Position numbers and translations under genes: made by a program
Assembly: GCA_030390025.1 (NCBI GenBank)
Contig: CM059438.1
Coordinates: 82,460,001-82,524,000, forward strand
From: Squalus acanthias
Taxonomy: Eukaryota
Length of the DNA stretch: 64,000 nucleotides
Direction: 5' to 3'
The notes under the pieces: generated by a model
What the model was told of the DNA's origin: nothing
Databases searched by the model: none
The model's input: only the letters and a program-made list of their open reading frames with translations
Part shown: piece by piece, positions 61,895 through 64,000 of the stretch
Numbering within the stretch: position 1 is the stretch's first letter
How the letters are laid out: every line of letters starts with the position of its first letter

Positions 61895-63115
61895 AGCTAT
61901 TAGGAGCAGAAGGTCTCAGGTTCAATTCCCAGTCTGTTAGTTCAGTTCTCACTGGGTTAGCTGATCTCAGCCAGGATGCGATTATTGCTGCAGTCTCCCT
62001 GAGCTGGGCGTGGAGGGGGTGGAATGAAGAAATGTCAGGTTTTCCACCCCTGATTGCTATTCAGCAACCCCTACTGAAAAGTTCATATAAAAATTGATTG
62101 AGGACAGGATTGGGCTCAGTAATCTTGCCCATGAGACCCATGTCCTGCTCGCTCAACTCTATTCCCACTAAAGTGCTGACTACCCAACTTCCTTTCTTGG
62201 CCCCCATGCCAGCTGACATTGTAAACAGTTCCCTCCCCTCACTGGCCACAGTCTCAGGCTCAACCAGAGTATTGGTAACCTCAGCACCCTATTTGACCCT
62301 GAACTGAGCTCCCGACCCCATATCCTCACCATCACAAAGACTGTCGACTTCCACCTCCATAACATCGCCCATATCCGCCCCTGCCTCCACACTTGATTGT
62401 TCCAATGCTCTCCTGGCTGGCCTCCCAGCTTCCACCATCCACACACGTGAGCTCACCAAACTCTGGTCCCCGTATCCTAACCCACACCAAGTCCCGCTCA
62501 CCCATCACACCTGTGCTCGCTGACCTACATTGGCTCCCGGTCCGCCAACACCTCGAATTTAAAATTCTCATCCTTGTGGTCAAATCCCTCCATGGCCCTT
62601 CACTGTAACCTCCTCCAGCCCTACAACCCTCCAAGAACTCTGTGTTCCCCAACTTTATGCACATATGCATCCCCCGCTAACCTACACCCCACCATTGCCA
62701 GTTGTGCCTTCAGCCATCGAGGCCCCAAGCTCTGGAATTCTCTCTCTAAACATCTCTGCCTCTCTGTCTCGCTCTCCTCCTTTAAGACCCTCGTTAGAAC
62801 CTACCTCTTTGACCAAACTTTTAATCACTCATCCTAATATTTTCTTCTTTGGCTCGATGTCAATTTTTCTCTGATTATGCTCATGAGTATCTTGGGATGT
62901 TTTCCTACATTAAAGGCCTATATGAATGCAAGCTGTTGTTGTTGTAGTTGTGATGCCTCATGATTGACGAGCTTGTTGACATTCATCGTTCAGACTCACA
63001 CAGCTGTATAATGGATGACCATTTAGCCAAAGTACAGCTCCAGCTCCTGTGAACTATACCCTAGCAAGAGTAGTATCTGAAGATGAAAGATGTGGAAGGG
63101 AGAAAGTTGGACAAA
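61895..63115 (+). mobile_element. Old SINE-like element (head 61895-62130, tail 62950-63115) split by an L2 3' fragment (about 62130-62945)
   Basis: Head aggtctcaggttcaattccc...gggttagctgatctcagcc...gaggacaggattgggctc. L2 ORFs PVLADLHWLPVRQHLEFKIL and GPKLWNSL with (GTT)n tail; SINE body resumes after the tail. Confidence 0.8.
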
Positions 63116-64000
63116 AAAAAAATCAAACATATAAAAAGAATGTCAAAGGGGAATAAGGTCAAGTCGAGAGATCTTAAAGATACGGATAAGTATAAAGAAT
63201 CAGTACTTTCTCCGCCTAGAAGGATAAATAATTAGGTTCCCCCCAAAATTAGTTTTCTTAGAAATGTGTTTTTATGTTACCCCCACAAAGCTCCAGATAC
63301 ATCTATTTTAATGAAGCAAATGTTTTGAAAGTGTGTCCAACAAGGCGATTCCCTTGCACCAAATCCACAGCAACTTTGCTGGTGTATTTTTGTTAACGGT
63401 CTGTTGACAAATGAATCTTAGGCCTTTTTAATGTGGAAAAAAGAAAGTGAAGCGAACCACAAAGTTCACTCATCCAGATGCACTCTTCCTTCTCGGGTTG
63501 TCAATGAGAAGACTTGGGCAGCCTGTTCCTGCTTGACACAGATGTTAACCTTCAGGCCTTTGCCATTTGATTTAACCAGCCTTTGGTTTTAACCAACCAT
63601 GTGGTAGTGTGTTTTTTTTTAATAAGTTACTCCCAGCTCGAAAATAGATGCTGGGAGCACAGAAGATGGAAAAAAAAACCATAATGTGTGGAAATAGGAG
63701 AGATGGATGGAACAGAATAAAATTAAAATAAACTAAAAAAAGGGTAAAGAATAACTCAGGAGGGAGAAACAACAATGGCGAGCACAGGCAATGTGATTTT
63801 TTACTTTTATGTAAAATTGTGGTTTAGCTATTTTGATTTGTAGCTTAGGGTAATTTCTCTGATATTTCTGTATCAATATATTACACCTTTTTTCAGCATC
63901 AGTGCATTAGCTGAAAACATACAAATATGGGCAACCTGGGGAACAAAAGTTTTTCTGAACCTATAAGCAATCTAAATGTTAAAAATGGGAAGGCTAGTTT

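Overview
AT-rich vertebrate genomic DNA, most likely a shark or other cartilaginous fish, judged from HE1-type V-SINE, Deu-domain SINE and shark-type CR1/L2/Penelope repeats. The whole window lies inside MAPKAP1 (SIN1, mTORC2 subunit), transcribed on the minus strand. Three internal coding exons with canonical AG/GT boundaries are visible (38719-38826, 20196-20336, 9500-9637); the flanking exons were not found. The introns hold nested CR1 and L2 LINE fragments, several SINE families, Harbinger-like and Tigger-like MITEs, and candidate conserved enhancers with PBX-HOX/MEIS motif clusters. The most notable signal is two families of short Penelope-like insertions carrying minimal type I hammerhead ribozyme motifs (CUGANGA...GAAA). 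These include TSD-flanked ORF-less copies with compensatory stem changes, and an 85-bp-arm fold-back of two head-to-head ribozyme segments. All intact ribozyme copies are antisense to the host pre-mRNA. Almost all ORFs in the supplied track are spurious or TE fragments. Family names come from recognition of sequence features, not database searches.
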